Below, one piece after another: positions 30,588 to 40,860 of a stretch of DNA of 64,000 nucleotides. The translations under genes and the position numbers were made by a program. The stretch's first letter is position 1; each line of letters opens with the position of its first letter. This DNA comes from Candidatus Poribacteria bacterium. Its GTDB lineage: Bacteria > Poribacteria > WGA-4E > PCPOR2b. Under the pieces are notes generated by a model. It searched no databases. It saw only the letters and a program-made list of their open reading frames with translations, and was not told the DNA's origin. The stretch spans positions 2,144,001-2,208,000 of the forward strand of contig OZ242326.1 of NCBI GenBank assembly GCA_965208325.1. The letters are read 5' to 3'.

Positions 30588-32318
30588 ATGCCGAAAGTGC
30601 GTTTTCTGTTAAGTATCCTCGCAATCTCCTTTTCGCTGCAAATCCTCAGTGGCTTTTTCATCTGTTCAGCTCGTGCGGACGATGGATTCATCCGCTCTGA
30701 AATTCACAAACTCACCAGCGAAAACACTGCAACCCGCAAAGATGCTGTCATCGCGCTAGCAAAAACTGGTGACATGCGTGTGGAGGCAATTCTCCAATCG
30801 TATAAATTGAGCGAACTATACGTTTGGAATGAGGCAGTCGTGCTCTGCAAAGAGATTATCGAAGACGAGGATTTCAACGAATTCTGCCGTGTCTCGGACG
30901 TGCTGACCGGCGAACCAATTCTGGACGCAGGCGGCGAGCCGCATGAAATCCCGGTGGAGGAACTTGAGGAGATTAGTCCCTCTAGAGCAGAACGCAAACT
31001 TGCGAATAGCGCTAAATTTCTTCTCCGGCTGTCATCTCCAGACCGTGATATCCGGATGTCGGGCGCAAAGAAATGCGGCGACCCGCCGGGCATTATCGCA
31101 TCAGTACGCCAACTCCGAGAGATGTCAGAGAACGACCCGGTCAAAAAAATTCGCTATATTGCCAAAGAAAGCCTGCTTCTCATCCGCTTAAATCAAACCT
31201 CCGTAGCGTCCGATCCACATGCACACCTTGAAGTTGCCCGTGAATTGGGAAACATGAAGAGTATGCGCGGGCGGCCGCAGTTGCAAAAACTTTTCGATGC
31301 GCTGATGAAAACCCCCAACGGAGCCAAGCCCGTATACGACGACGCTAGGAAGACTTACAAATTCTCGATTGACCAGATTGACGGCTATCAAGGATTCGTA
31401 GGCGGGGTCGGCAACATATTTCGCGGGCTATCGCTCGGATCTGTGCTCATCCTCATGGCGCTTGGACTTGCGATTACCTTCGGTCTGATGGGCGTCATCA
31501 ATATGGCGCACGGCGAGTTGATGATGATTGGGGCTTACGCGACCTTTGAGATGCAAAGATTGTTCGGCCATTCACCTGATAACCCTTCAGACCTATATTA
31601 TATCGCTGCATTACCTGCCGCATTCCTCACAGCGGCATTCGTCGGTTATCTCATTGAGGTGTCGGTCGTCCGTTACCTGTACCGGCGCCCATTGGAGTCG
31701 CTGCTCGCAACATGGGGGATTGGACTTATACTGATTCAACTTGTGCGTATTCGATACGGAGATAATATTGGGGTTAACGCCCCGACTTGGGCGCGCGGCG
31801 GTGTCGAAATTGTGCAGGATCTCGTCCTCCCTTACAGCCGTTGCTTCATCATTGTCTTGTGCGGCATTTGCGTTCTGCTTATCTATTACCTCATGAACTA
31901 CACCAAGCTTGGTTTGCGGATGCGAGCGACGATGCAAAATCGGAATATGGCAAGGAGCGTTGGCGTGAACACGCAGCGTGTAGACCGGTATACGTTTGCC
32001 TTCGGCGCCGGGATTGCTGGAGTTGCGGGCTGTGCTTGGACACTTATCGGCGGCGTCACGCCGGATATGGGACAGACCAACTTCATCATTGATTCATTCC
32101 TCGTCGTCGTCACCGGCGGTGTGGGCGAACTCATCGGGGTAATCTGCGCGGGATTGGGCATTGGCGTGCTGACGAAAGTGGTTGAGCCGACGCAAATCGG
32201 GTCTTTCGTTGTCGGCGCGATTTGGGCAAAAATTCTGCTATTGGTTGTCATTGTCGCATTCATCCAATTTAAGCCCGCAGGCCTGTTTGCGCCTAAAGGT
32301 AGGCTCAGTGATGTTTAA
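30588..32318 (+). CDS. urtB: Urea ABC transporter permease with periplasmic HEAT-like N-terminal region
   Basis: GLAITFGLMGVINMAHGE, ESLLATWG. Confidence 0.92.
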   Translation: MPKVRFLLSILAISFSLQILSGFFICSARADDGFIRSEIHKLTSENTATRKDAVIALAKTGDMRVEAILQSYKLSELYVWNEAVVLCKEIIEDEDFNEFCRVSDVLTGEPILDAGGEPHEIPVEELEEISPSRAERKLANSAKFLLRLSSPDRDIRMSGAKKCGDPPGIIASVRQLREMSENDPVKKIRYIAKESLLLIRLNQTSVASDPHAHLEVARELGNMKSMRGRPQLQKLFDALMKTPNGAKPVYDDARKTYKFSIDQIDGYQGFVGGVGNIFRGLSLGSVLILMALGLAITFGLMGVINMAHGELMMIGAYATFEMQRLFGHSPDNPSDLYYIAALPAAFLTAAFVGYLIEVSVVRYLYRRPLESLLATWGIGLILIQLVRIRYGDNIGVNAPTWARGGVEIVQDLVLPYSRCFIIVLCGICVLLIYYLMNYTKLGLRMRATMQNRNMARSVGVNTQRVDRYTFAFGAGIAGVAGCAWTLIGGVTPDMGQTNFIIDSFLVVVTGGVGELIGVICAGLGIGVLTKVVEPTQIGSFVVGAIWAKILLLVVIVAFIQFKPAGLFAPKGRLSDV

Positions 32319-33546
32319 AAAAACTGTAACTGCCGAATCAAGCAATGCGGGCGAGGCGGCGAGGCCTCAGTCTTTCCGGACAAATGGATTGGGATTAAAG
32401 AACCAAAATTCACAAGTTGCGGCAACGGGTGGCTGGCGAATTTTTGTCCAACGGTATGTCCCGTGGGCATTACTTTTTGTCGGGTTAGTCATGGTCCCGC
32501 TGTCGTATTACACGGGACTTATTACCATCGGGACAGTGAACATGCTCGGCCGGTACATGGCATTTGCAATTGTAGCGGTGGGACTCGATCTTATCTGGGG
32601 TTATACCGGTATCCTTAGTCTCTGCCAGTCCTTCTTTTTCGCGCTGGGCGGATACGCGATGGGGATGTATTTGGCGCACCACGGCGGTCCGGAGGGAATC
32701 ATAGACGCCAACAACTGGAAAATTCCCGCCTGCTTGTACGTCGTATATCCGTACAAAGTCGGCGAAGCGCCGGGTGATGCTCTGGTTCCATGGTTCTGGA
32801 AACCGTTCTATACACTGCCAGTCACAACGCTTTTAGGGTTGCTCATTCCCGGCTTAGCCGCTTTAGTAATCGGCTATGTCGGGTTTCGCAGCCGGGTTCG
32901 CGGCGTCTATTTCGCCATTTTGACACAGGCAATTACGGTGGCAGGGTGGTTAGTGTTCTGCATGAACAATATGAAACTGTGCGGGACTAACGGATTGACA
33001 CGGTTTGATCGAATCGCGGGCTTCAAGTTAGCAAACCCTAACGTCAAAGTAAGCCTGTATATCCTCACACTGCTTGCGTTAGTTGGGGTCTATGCCTTGT
33101 GCCGATACGTCGTAAAATCGCGGCTGGGACGAATCCTCATCGCCATTCGAGATGATGAAACTACCCTGCGTTTTTCTGGCTATAAACCCTACATTTATAA
33201 ACTCTTCGCTTTTGTCCTAGCAGGCATGATTGCCGGGCTGGGCGGGATGCTTTATGCGCCGCAGATGGGCATTTTTACGCCAACGAACATGGAGGCGAGT
33301 GCGTCGATTTTGGTTGTTGTCTGGGTTGCAGTTGGAGGGCGCGGCGCTCTTTCCGGCGCAATTCTTGGCGCGTTAGCCGTAAATCTTCTTTACAACTTTT
33401 TTACCTCAGAGAAGGACTTCTACTTGTTTGTCTGGAAGGCAGAATTTTGGCAGTTTGTTTTAGGCGGACTTTTTATTGGCGTCGTTCTGCTGTTCCCCGG
33501 CGGTTTAATCGATCTGTGGCGGCGCTTGGTGCGTGCTGCGAGATGA
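32311..33546 (+). CDS. urtC: Urea ABC transporter permease
   Basis: DLIWGYTGILSL, FRSRVRGVYFAILTQA, VAVGGRG. Confidence 0.92.
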   Translation: MFKKTVTAESSNAGEAARPQSFRTNGLGLKNQNSQVAATGGWRIFVQRYVPWALLFVGLVMVPLSYYTGLITIGTVNMLGRYMAFAIVAVGLDLIWGYTGILSLCQSFFFALGGYAMGMYLAHHGGPEGIIDANNWKIPACLYVVYPYKVGEAPGDALVPWFWKPFYTLPVTTLLGLLIPGLAALVIGYVGFRSRVRGVYFAILTQAITVAGWLVFCMNNMKLCGTNGLTRFDRIAGFKLANPNVKVSLYILTLLALVGVYALCRYVVKSRLGRILIAIRDDETTLRFSGYKPYIYKLFAFVLAGMIAGLGGMLYAPQMGIFTPTNMEASASILVVVWVAVGGRGALSGAILGALAVNLLYNFFTSEKDFYLFVWKAEFWQFVLGGLFIGVVLLFPGGLIDLWRRLVRAAR

Positions 33547-33663
33547 TTATCAAAACGGAGAAAACGGGTGACCTGAATGAAGGGGCAAGCCTTGTGCCTG
33601 CCCAAGACACTCGCAACCGAGATGGGTTCAATTTGTCAAATTCCAAAAAGAACCTAGTTTATT

Positions 33664-34464
33664 ATGGACCAAGCCCAACGAATCGCCGAATATAAAGAGT
33701 ACAGTCCTCGAGCCAGTCGATTGTCAGAGGAGAAATTTCTGCTCTTTCTGGAAGATATAACCGCAGTCTTTGACGGTTTCAAAGCGTTAGATATACAAGC
33801 GTTGGGAATTGAACATAACGAACTCCGCGTTATCATCGGTCCCAACGGCGCGGGCAAAACAACGCTTTGCGATGTCGTAAGCGGAAAAACCCGGCCGACG
33901 ACTGGATATGTCTTTTTCGATGGCACCGATATTACACAACAGACAGAAGAACAGATTGCGTTGCGGGGAATCGGCAGGAAGTTTCAAACGCCGACCGTTT
34001 TTGATAGCCTCACGACCTACGAAAATATGGAACTCGCCCTACCGGGCCACTACCATCTGTGGCCCAATCTGTTTGGACACACAACAAAAGCCCAGCGGGA
34101 ACACATCTTAGAAATTTTAGAGCGAGTCGGACTCGTAGATGCGTTAGACCTTGAAGCCAAGTATTTGAGTCACGGACAACGTCAATGGTTGGCGATTAGC
34201 ACGCTTATCCTATCCAACCCCAAATTGCTCCTCGTCGATGAACCTGCAGCCGGTTTAACAGATGCCGAAACGGCGTTGACAGCGGAACTCCTCCTTGAGT
34301 TGAAAGGCGACCATACGCTTATCGTCATTGAGCACGATATGGATTTTGTACGCCAGCTCGATTCATTCGTAACCGTGCTGAATGAAGGGGTCATTATGGC
34401 GGAAGGATCCATGCAGGAGGTTCAGCAAAACGAGGAGGTCATTGAGGCATATCTCGGCAGATAA
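33664..34464 (+). CDS. urtD: Urea ABC transporter ATP-binding protein
   Basis: FDGFKAL, GPNGAGKT, GRKFQ, LSHGQRQW, EAYLGR. Confidence 0.93.
   Translation: MDQAQRIAEYKEYSPRASRLSEEKFLLFLEDITAVFDGFKALDIQALGIEHNELRVIIGPNGAGKTTLCDVVSGKTRPTTGYVFFDGTDITQQTEEQIALRGIGRKFQTPTVFDSLTTYENMELALPGHYHLWPNLFGHTTKAQREHILEILERVGLVDALDLEAKYLSHGQRQWLAISTLILSNPKLLLVDEPAAGLTDAETALTAELLLELKGDHTLIVIEHDMDFVRQLDSFVTVLNEGVIMAEGSMQEVQQNEEVIEAYLGR
34417..34463 (+). repeat. 47-bp direct repeat, copy 1 (3' end of urtD)
   Basis: GAGGTTCAGCAAAACGAGGAGGTCATTGAGGCATATCTCGGCAGATA; 45/47 identical to 36562-36608. Confidence 0.9.
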
Positions 34465-34500
34465 ACAGTTATGAAGCGGAAAGCTAAGTATGTGTAGGCA

Positions 34501-34529
34501 TTGACTTATTGTTGTGGTTTTGTTATTAT
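34501..34529 (+). promoter_or_regulatory. sigma70-type promoter inside the inserted cassette
   Basis: TTGACT-17 bp-TATTAT with extended TG. Confidence 0.55.
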
Positions 34530-34823
34530 TGCTGCGTCAAACACAGCTGCGCGCGTGAAAAAGCCTCCCTTTCACAACATCCGACCGCGTAACCGAAAGT
34601 TGTAAACCATTTTCTCCAATGAAGGGGCTTCTGTTCGTCGGTATACCTTTGACCATAGGTTGGTATATCCGTTTGGAGGCTAGGGTACCGGGATTTAGCG
34701 GAAATGATTACGCTTGAATGTTAAAAATACCCAACAGGCTTGACTTAATCATGTACCGGGCATATTTAAAGGAGAGCGAATCAAGCTAGAAGCCGAAGTA
34801 TTCAGGACCTGTTTGGAGTTGCA

Positions 34824-36563
34824 ATGCTAACAAAATTGATTTGCCGAAATTTCAAGAATTTTGATGATGTAGAAGTCGAATTGGGGAACCCTGTGGTTTT
34901 TATTGGCCCGAATAACTCTGGCAAAACTACAGCATTACAGGCGCTTGCGCTGTGGGATGTTGGTCTCAAACGTTGGAACGAAAACCGTAAGGGGAAGCCA
35001 AATCCGGAAAAACGTCCTGGCGTTGCTATCAATCGACGCGATCTCATCTCAGTACCTGTCCCGAATGCGAGGTTGCTTTGGCAAAATTTGCAAGTTCGAG
35101 ATACTCATAAAATTGATGGAAGTCAACGGACGCAAAACGTCCGTATGGATATAATTGTTGAAGGTGTTACCGCAAATAGGCAGTGGGCGTGCGGCTTGGA
35201 ATTCGATTATGCCAATCAGGAATCCTTTTACTGCAGACCCCTACGATTATCAGAAATCGATGGCAAGGTGTTGAAACGAATGCCGGTTCCTGAAGAGGCA
35301 GCGCACCTTGATGTCGCATTCTTGCCGCCGATGTCTGGACTCGCGTCGAATGAAACGCGACTCGATCCGGGCGCGATTAATGTCCGTGTTGGCGAAGGAC
35401 GTACCGCAGAAGTCCTCCGCAATCTCTGTTTTCAAGTTTTGCACGAGCATCGGGATGAAGAAACTTGGGGAAAAATTTGCCAACAAATTCGAGAGCTGTT
35501 CGGTGTTCAACTTGATGAGCCTGTCTACATTCAGGAGCGGGGAGAGATAGAGATGAATTACCGGGACAGTTCAGGTGTCACTCTGGCACTGTCGTCTTCC
35601 GGGCTAGGGTTTCAGCAAACACTACTTTTGCTCGCGTATATTGCGGCACGACCGGGCTCTGTCCTTCTCCTTGACGAACCAGATGCTCACCTTGAGATTC
35701 TCCGACAGCGGCAGATTTACCAGGTGCTTAGTAAGCTGGCGAAAGCACAGGACAGTCAAATCATCGCTGCCAGTCATTCGGAGGTCATACTCAACGAAGC
35801 CGCCGTACGGGATGTAGTTATCGCTTTTCTTGGCGTTCCGCACAGAGTTGATGACCGTGTCAGCCAGCTCTTGAAATCCCTCCGGTCGATCGGCTTTGAG
35901 CAATATTATCAGGCGGAACAGAGGGGTTGGGTACTCTACCTTGAGGGTTCGACCGACCTAGCAATTTTACAGGCGTTTGCCGAGAAACTAGATCATCCCG
36001 CGCAGGATGTATTGGAGCGTCCATTTGTGCAATACATCGGAGACCAACCACAGAAAGCACGCGACCACTTTTATGGATTGCGAGAGGCAAAACCGAATTT
36101 GGTTGGATTCTGTCTAATCGATCGGATGGATTACGGACTACAAGACAGACCTGAATTACGAGAATATATGTGGACACGGCGTGAAATAGAAAACTACCTT
36201 TGTCGGAAAGATGTTTTGCTCCGATGGGCAGAGGTTGAAGAAGCGCAACGGTCTATGGGACCGCTGTTTAGTAATCAATGGTCACCCGCAATGGAAGAGA
36301 CAATCGCAGAGGTTGAAAATGCTTTACAGACTCTTGGCAAAGGATTGCCTTGGTCAGCAGATACCAAAGTAAGTGATGATTTTCTGAATCCTCTTTTTGA
36401 AGCGTTTTTCAAGAAATTGGGTTTGGAAAATCTCATGCTAAAGACGAATTATCATACGCTCGTTCAATACGTTTCATCGGATGGGATAGACCCAGAAATT
36501 CGGGACGTGCTTGATGGTATCCAAGAGATAGCGAACCAAGCAGTTCCAATTGCCGAAAGGTGA
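34824..36563 (+). CDS. ABC-type ATPase + TOPRIM-like domain (OLD-family-like ATP-dependent nuclease, candidate defence gene)
   Basis: RNFKNF, GPNNSGKT, LLLDEPDAHL, ASHS; C-terminal YLEGSTD and REIENYL. Confidence 0.8.
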   Translation: MLTKLICRNFKNFDDVEVELGNPVVFIGPNNSGKTTALQALALWDVGLKRWNENRKGKPNPEKRPGVAINRRDLISVPVPNARLLWQNLQVRDTHKIDGSQRTQNVRMDIIVEGVTANRQWACGLEFDYANQESFYCRPLRLSEIDGKVLKRMPVPEEAAHLDVAFLPPMSGLASNETRLDPGAINVRVGEGRTAEVLRNLCFQVLHEHRDEETWGKICQQIRELFGVQLDEPVYIQERGEIEMNYRDSSGVTLALSSSGLGFQQTLLLLAYIAARPGSVLLLDEPDAHLEILRQRQIYQVLSKLAKAQDSQIIAASHSEVILNEAAVRDVVIAFLGVPHRVDDRVSQLLKSLRSIGFEQYYQAEQRGWVLYLEGSTDLAILQAFAEKLDHPAQDVLERPFVQYIGDQPQKARDHFYGLREAKPNLVGFCLIDRMDYGLQDRPELREYMWTRREIENYLCRKDVLLRWAEVEEAQRSMGPLFSNQWSPAMEETIAEVENALQTLGKGLPWSADTKVSDDFLNPLFEAFFKKLGLENLMLKTNYHTLVQYVSSDGIDPEIRDVLDGIQEIANQAVPIAER

Positions 36564-36608
36564 GGTTCGGCAAAACGAGGAGGTCATTGAGGCATATCTG
36601 GGCAGATA
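36562..36608 (+). repeat. 47-bp direct repeat, copy 2 (vestigial urtD 3' end)
   Basis: GAGGTTCGGCAAAACGAGGAGGTCATTGAGGCATATCTGGGCAGATA. Confidence 0.9.
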
Positions 36609-36658
36609 TTTTTGGGAAGGCGGGCTTCAGAAATAGAGAATCCCGTTTGGATGTGCGT

Positions 36659-36798
36659 TTACGCATTACTCGTTACGCATTACGTATTACGCATTACGTA
36701 TTACGCATTACGCATTACTCGTTACGAATTACGCATTACGCATTACGCATTACTCGTTACGTATTACGCATTACGCATTACTCGTTACGCATTACGTA
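36659..36798 (+). repeat. Tandem heptamer array, 20 units
   Basis: TTACGCA / TTACTCG / TTACGTA / TTACGAA units with strict 7-bp period, ending 11 bp before the urtE ATG. Confidence 0.95.
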
Positions 36799-36809
36799 TC
36801 ACCAACATC

Positions 36810-37505
36810 ATGCTAACAGTCTCAAATCTCTCATTTTCATACGGCGAAGTCCAAGTGCTGCGTGGGGTGGATATTCACGTGCCTGCGGAGACAATTGTCT
36901 CGATGATGGGACGCAACGGTGTGGGAAAAACGACACTGATGAACAATATCGTCGGGCTGCTCAAACCGTCGTCCGGCTCGATAAAAATCGAAGACCGTGA
37001 ACTTGTGCGCGTTTCGACGCACCGGCGGATACGCGCCGGGTTGGCGTACGTACCGCAGGGACGGATGATATTTCCGAAACTGACGGTTGAGGAAAATTTG
37101 CGGGTCGGGCTATCGGCGCGTGCTGATAAACGCGCACAAATCCCGGATGAGATTTATGAACTCTTCCCAATTCTCAAAGAGATGGGAGGTCGGATGGGCG
37201 GCGACCTCTCCGGGGGGCAGCAACAGCAACTCGCTATAGGACGCGCGCTCGTCACTGATCCGAAGGTTCTTATCTTGGACGAACCCACCGAGGGCATCCA
37301 ACCGAACATCATCCAACAGATTGGGGTGGTGCTGCGGCAATTGGTGCAAAACAGACGGCTTACAATTCTTATCGTCGAACAGTACCTCGATTTTGTTCGG
37401 GAATTCTGCCAGCAGTTTTTCATCATGAACCGCGGTGAGATTGTCGCACACGGTGAAACTGACGCGCTCAACCAGAACATGATTCGGGAGTACCTTAGCG
37501 TCTAA
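36810..37505 (+). CDS. urtE: Urea ABC transporter ATP-binding protein
   Basis: GRNGVGKT, YVPQGR, LSGGQQQQLAI, DEPTEGIQP; the family N-terminus MLTVSNL begins at 36810. Confidence 0.93.
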   Translation: MLTVSNLSFSYGEVQVLRGVDIHVPAETIVSMMGRNGVGKTTLMNNIVGLLKPSSGSIKIEDRELVRVSTHRRIRAGLAYVPQGRMIFPKLTVEENLRVGLSARADKRAQIPDEIYELFPILKEMGGRMGGDLSGGQQQQLAIGRALVTDPKVLILDEPTEGIQPNIIQQIGVVLRQLVQNRRLTILIVEQYLDFVREFCQQFFIMNRGEIVAHGETDALNQNMIREYLSV

Positions 37506-37506
37506 G

Positions 37507-38355
37507 ATGTCACGCATCAGCTCTATTGCAGGGCGCCACGGCGAACTCAAACTCGCTTTCGAACAACGACACGGCAGTACGGTGTTGGCGGCGAGTTTCT
37601 TTAGAGTGCCGTTACAGGTGATGAAGCCGCGTTACGATGCGTCGGGCTGTGCTTGTGTATACCTCTTGAGTCCAACAGGAGGTGTCGTTCAGGGCGACGA
37701 TTATCAGATTGAGGTTACGCTCGCTACGAACACTCACGCAATTTTGACGACGCAGGCGGCGACGAAAGTTTACGCCATGCCCAAGCATGGCGCATCGCAA
37801 TCAATGCGGGTGCAGGTCGGGCAAGACGCATTCTTTGAATACTTGCCGGATCCAACAATCCTATTTCGAGACGCGAATTTTAGTCAAAGTATCGCCCTCT
37901 CTCTCGAGCGCGGCGCAATGGTTGCCCTGCAGGAAATTGTTATGCCGGGGCGGTTGGCGCGTGGAGAAACGCTGGCATTCACGCGTTTTGAGAGCCGCAT
38001 AGAGGCTTCAAATACGGATGGGCTGTTTATGTTTGACACATGCTGCATCCAACCGGACCGCCAATCTTACCTCACCAAATTAGCAGTGTTAGAGGGATAT
38101 ACCTGTTGGGGAAGTTGGTATCTCATCGGCGACTATGAAATGCCCGAATGGGAACCGTTTTGTGCATTTGCCGAGCCGCTGCTCAATCAGCCTTCAAAAT
38201 CGACGGGCGGATTGTCTCGGTTGCATCAGAGCGGTGTCGCTATCCGCATGCTCGCCCACAACGCAGGGACGATATATTCTGCTTTTCAGGCGATCTGGAA
38301 TTGGCTGAAGCTGGAACATTTTGGATTCGACAGCGTTGATTTGCGGAAGTATTAA
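37507..38355 (+). CDS. ureD: Urease accessory protein
   Basis: GGVVQGD, LTTQAATKVY, EYLPDPTI, PGRLARGE, LRKY. Confidence 0.9.
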   Translation: MSRISSIAGRHGELKLAFEQRHGSTVLAASFFRVPLQVMKPRYDASGCACVYLLSPTGGVVQGDDYQIEVTLATNTHAILTTQAATKVYAMPKHGASQSMRVQVGQDAFFEYLPDPTILFRDANFSQSIALSLERGAMVALQEIVMPGRLARGETLAFTRFESRIEASNTDGLFMFDTCCIQPDRQSYLTKLAVLEGYTCWGSWYLIGDYEMPEWEPFCAFAEPLLNQPSKSTGGLSRLHQSGVAIRMLAHNAGTIYSAFQAIWNWLKLEHFGFDSVDLRKY

Positions 38356-38373
38356 ACTTGGAGGAAATTACTC

Positions 38374-38676
38374 GTGAACTTAACGCCCCGTGAACAAGAG
38401 AAGCTGCTGATTTACGTTGCGGCGCAGCTTGCCAAAGATCGGCGGGCGCGCGGCTTAAAACTCAACTACCCTGAAGCGGTTGCCGTAATCACCGCCGAAA
38501 TTCTGGAGGGCATCCGTGAGGGAAAATCGGTCGCAGATTTGATGCAGTACGGCACCACCCTACTGAACCGCGGCGATGTAATGGACGGCGTGCCGGAGAT
38601 GCTCCACGACGTGCAGGTCGAAGGTACGTTCCCCGACGGCACGAAGCTCGTCACTGTCCACAATCCGATTCGGTAA
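38374..38676 (+). CDS. ureA: Urease gamma subunit
   Basis: [11 protein letters not shown]...[15 protein letters not shown]. Confidence 0.98.
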   Translation: MNLTPREQEKLLIYVAAQLAKDRRARGLKLNYPEAVAVITAEILEGIREGKSVADLMQYGTTLLNRGDVMDGVPEMLHDVQVEGTFPDGTKLVTVHNPIR

Positions 38677-38702
38677 TAATGAGCAGTTAAAGGAGAAAAG
38701 AG

Positions 38703-39017
38703 ATGATTCCCGGAGAATTCATACTTGCGGAAGGCGGCATTACCGCCAACGTTGGGCGCAAGACCGTTGAGTTAGCCGTTGCGAACACCGGCGACCGACC
38801 CATACAGGTCGGATCGCATTTCCACTTTTTCGAGGTCAACACCGCACTCCAATTTGATCGGGAGAAGGCGTTCGGTATGCGGCTGAATATCCCGTCGGGC
38901 GTCGCTGTACGCTTTGAACCGGGCGATGAAAAAACCGTGACACTCACAGAATTAAAGGGCAAACGAATTGTGCACGGATTGAACAGTCTGACCAACAGGG
39001 CGCTTGACCAAGCGTAA
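38703..39017 (+). CDS. ureB: Urease beta subunit
   Basis: [26 protein letters not shown]. Confidence 0.98.
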   Translation: MIPGEFILAEGGITANVGRKTVELAVANTGDRPIQVGSHFHFFEVNTALQFDREKAFGMRLNIPSGVAVRFEPGDEKTVTLTELKGKRIVHGLNSLTNRALDQA

Positions 39018-39028
39018 AGGAGTGGCAA

Positions 39029-40747
39029 ATGGCTCTCAACATCCCACGGCGTACCTACACGGACATCTACGGACCGACCGTCGGCGATAAAGTTCGCCTT
39101 GCGGACACCGAACTATTTATCGAAGTCGAGAGTGATTTTACAACTTACGGCGATGAGTCGAAATTTGGAGGCGGCAAGACGCTGCGCGACGGCATGGGAC
39201 AGATGCCCGGTGCTACGAGTGCGGATGGTGTGCTCGATCTTGTTCTGACCAATGCGCTAATCCTAGACCATTGGGGAATTGTCAAAGCAGACATCGGCGT
39301 GCGAAACGGAAAAATCGTCGGGATTGGCAAGGCGGGGAATCCAAACATTATGGACGGCGTCACCGAAGGTATGATCGTCGGGGCAGGCACGGAAGCCATT
39401 GCTGCCGAGGGGATGATTGTGACGCCGGGCGGACTTGATGTCCACATCCACTTCATCTGTCCCCAGCAAATTGATGAAGCCCTCTCTTCGGGAATCACGA
39501 CGATGATTGGCGGCGGGACTGGACCCGCAACCGGCACCAACGCCACCACCTGCACCCCGGGCGCGTGGAACATCGCGCGAATGCTGGAAGCTGCAGACGG
39601 GTTCCCCATCAACCTCGGTTTTCTGGGCAAGGGCAACTCATCGCTGCCGGCGTCACTCAACGAACAGATTGAGGCGGGCGCGTTGGGACTGAAACTCCAC
39701 GAGGATTGGGGTACGACCCCCGCTGCAATCGACTGCTGCCTATCCGTCGCCGAAGAATACGATGTGCAGGTCGCCATACATACCGATACACTCAACGAGG
39801 CGGGGTTTGTCGAAGATTCCATCGCCGCATTCAAGGGACGAACCATCCACACCTACCACACTGAAGGCGCGGGGGGCGGCCATGCGCCGGATATCATCAA
39901 GGTCTGCGGTCAAAGCAACGTGTTGCCATCCTCGACCAATCCTACGCGGCCGTTCACAGTCAACACCATTGATGAGCACCTCGACATGCTAATGGTCTGC
40001 CACCATCTTGACTCCTCTATCCCCGAAGACCTGGCATTCGCCGAGTCTCGGATCCGCCCGGAGACTATCGCCGCCGAGGATATCCTGCACGACCTCGGTG
40101 CATTCAGTATGATGGCGTCCGATTCACAGGCGATGGGGCGTGTCGGCGAAGTCATTCTCCGCACATGGCAGACTGCCCACAAAATGAAAGTCCAACGTGG
40201 GCGCCTTCCTGATGAAACGGGCGAAAACGACAACGTTCGCGCGAAACGCTATATCTCCAAATACGCAATTAACCCGGCAATCACACACGGCGTCAGCGAT
40301 CACGTGGGATCGATTGAAGTGGGGAAGCTCGCAGATCTTGTGATATGGGATCCAGCCTTTTTTGGCGTCAAACCGCAACTGGTGCTGAAGGGCGGATTCC
40401 TCGTCTGGGCGGCGATGGGCGACGCAAACGCTTCCATTCCAACGCCTCAGCCGGTTCTAGGGCGTCCGATGTTTGGCGCATTTGGGCGCGTCCCGTATAC
40501 CGCCTCGTATACGTTTGTTTCGCAGGCTGCTGTTGCGAGAGAGGTCGGTGTGCCTCTCAATCTTCAAAAGCCGACGGTTGCCGTGCGAAACTGCCGCACC
40601 CTAGACAAATCGTCCATGATAAACAATGCCTACCTGCCGAAGATGGAAGTAAATCCAGAAACCTACGAAGTCCGCGCAGATGGCGAACTCCTCACCTGCG
40701 AACCCGCCGAAATCCTTCCCATGGCGCAGCGTTACTTCCTGTTTTGA
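39029..40747 (+). CDS. ureC: Urease alpha subunit
   Basis: [37 protein letters not shown]. Confidence 0.99.
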   Translation: MALNIPRRTYTDIYGPTVGDKVRLADTELFIEVESDFTTYGDESKFGGGKTLRDGMGQMPGATSADGVLDLVLTNALILDHWGIVKADIGVRNGKIVGIGKAGNPNIMDGVTEGMIVGAGTEAIAAEGMIVTPGGLDVHIHFICPQQIDEALSSGITTMIGGGTGPATGTNATTCTPGAWNIARMLEAADGFPINLGFLGKGNSSLPASLNEQIEAGALGLKLHEDWGTTPAAIDCCLSVAEEYDVQVAIHTDTLNEAGFVEDSIAAFKGRTIHTYHTEGAGGGHAPDIIKVCGQSNVLPSSTNPTRPFTVNTIDEHLDMLMVCHHLDSSIPEDLAFAESRIRPETIAAEDILHDLGAFSMMASDSQAMGRVGEVILRTWQTAHKMKVQRGRLPDETGENDNVRAKRYISKYAINPAITHGVSDHVGSIEVGKLADLVIWDPAFFGVKPQLVLKGGFLVWAAMGDANASIPTPQPVLGRPMFGAFGRVPYTASYTFVSQAAVAREVGVPLNLQKPTVAVRNCRTLDKSSMINNAYLPKMEVNPETYEVRADGELLTCEPAEILPMAQRYFLF

Positions 40748-40860
40748 CCTTTGTTCCCGCTACGCAAAAATCCCCCACAAACCCAAACTGACCTCCCCCC
40801 AACGTCCACGCAACACTTGAATTTCTCGCTGAATTCAACTATAATTAGCCGTAAGGCGTT

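Noticed and set aside
34465..36563. Retron (structured RNA plus ATPase-TOPRIM effector)
   Set aside because: No reverse transcriptase in the cassette or the window
36659..36798. CRISPR array
   Set aside because: Pure 7-bp tandem units with no unique spacers, and no cas genes in the window
36560..37000. 146-aa ORF with LRITHY repeats
   Set aside because: Translation artefact of the heptamer array overlapping urtE out of frame
39145..39852. 235-aa minus-strand ORF
   Set aside because: Antisense shadow of ureC
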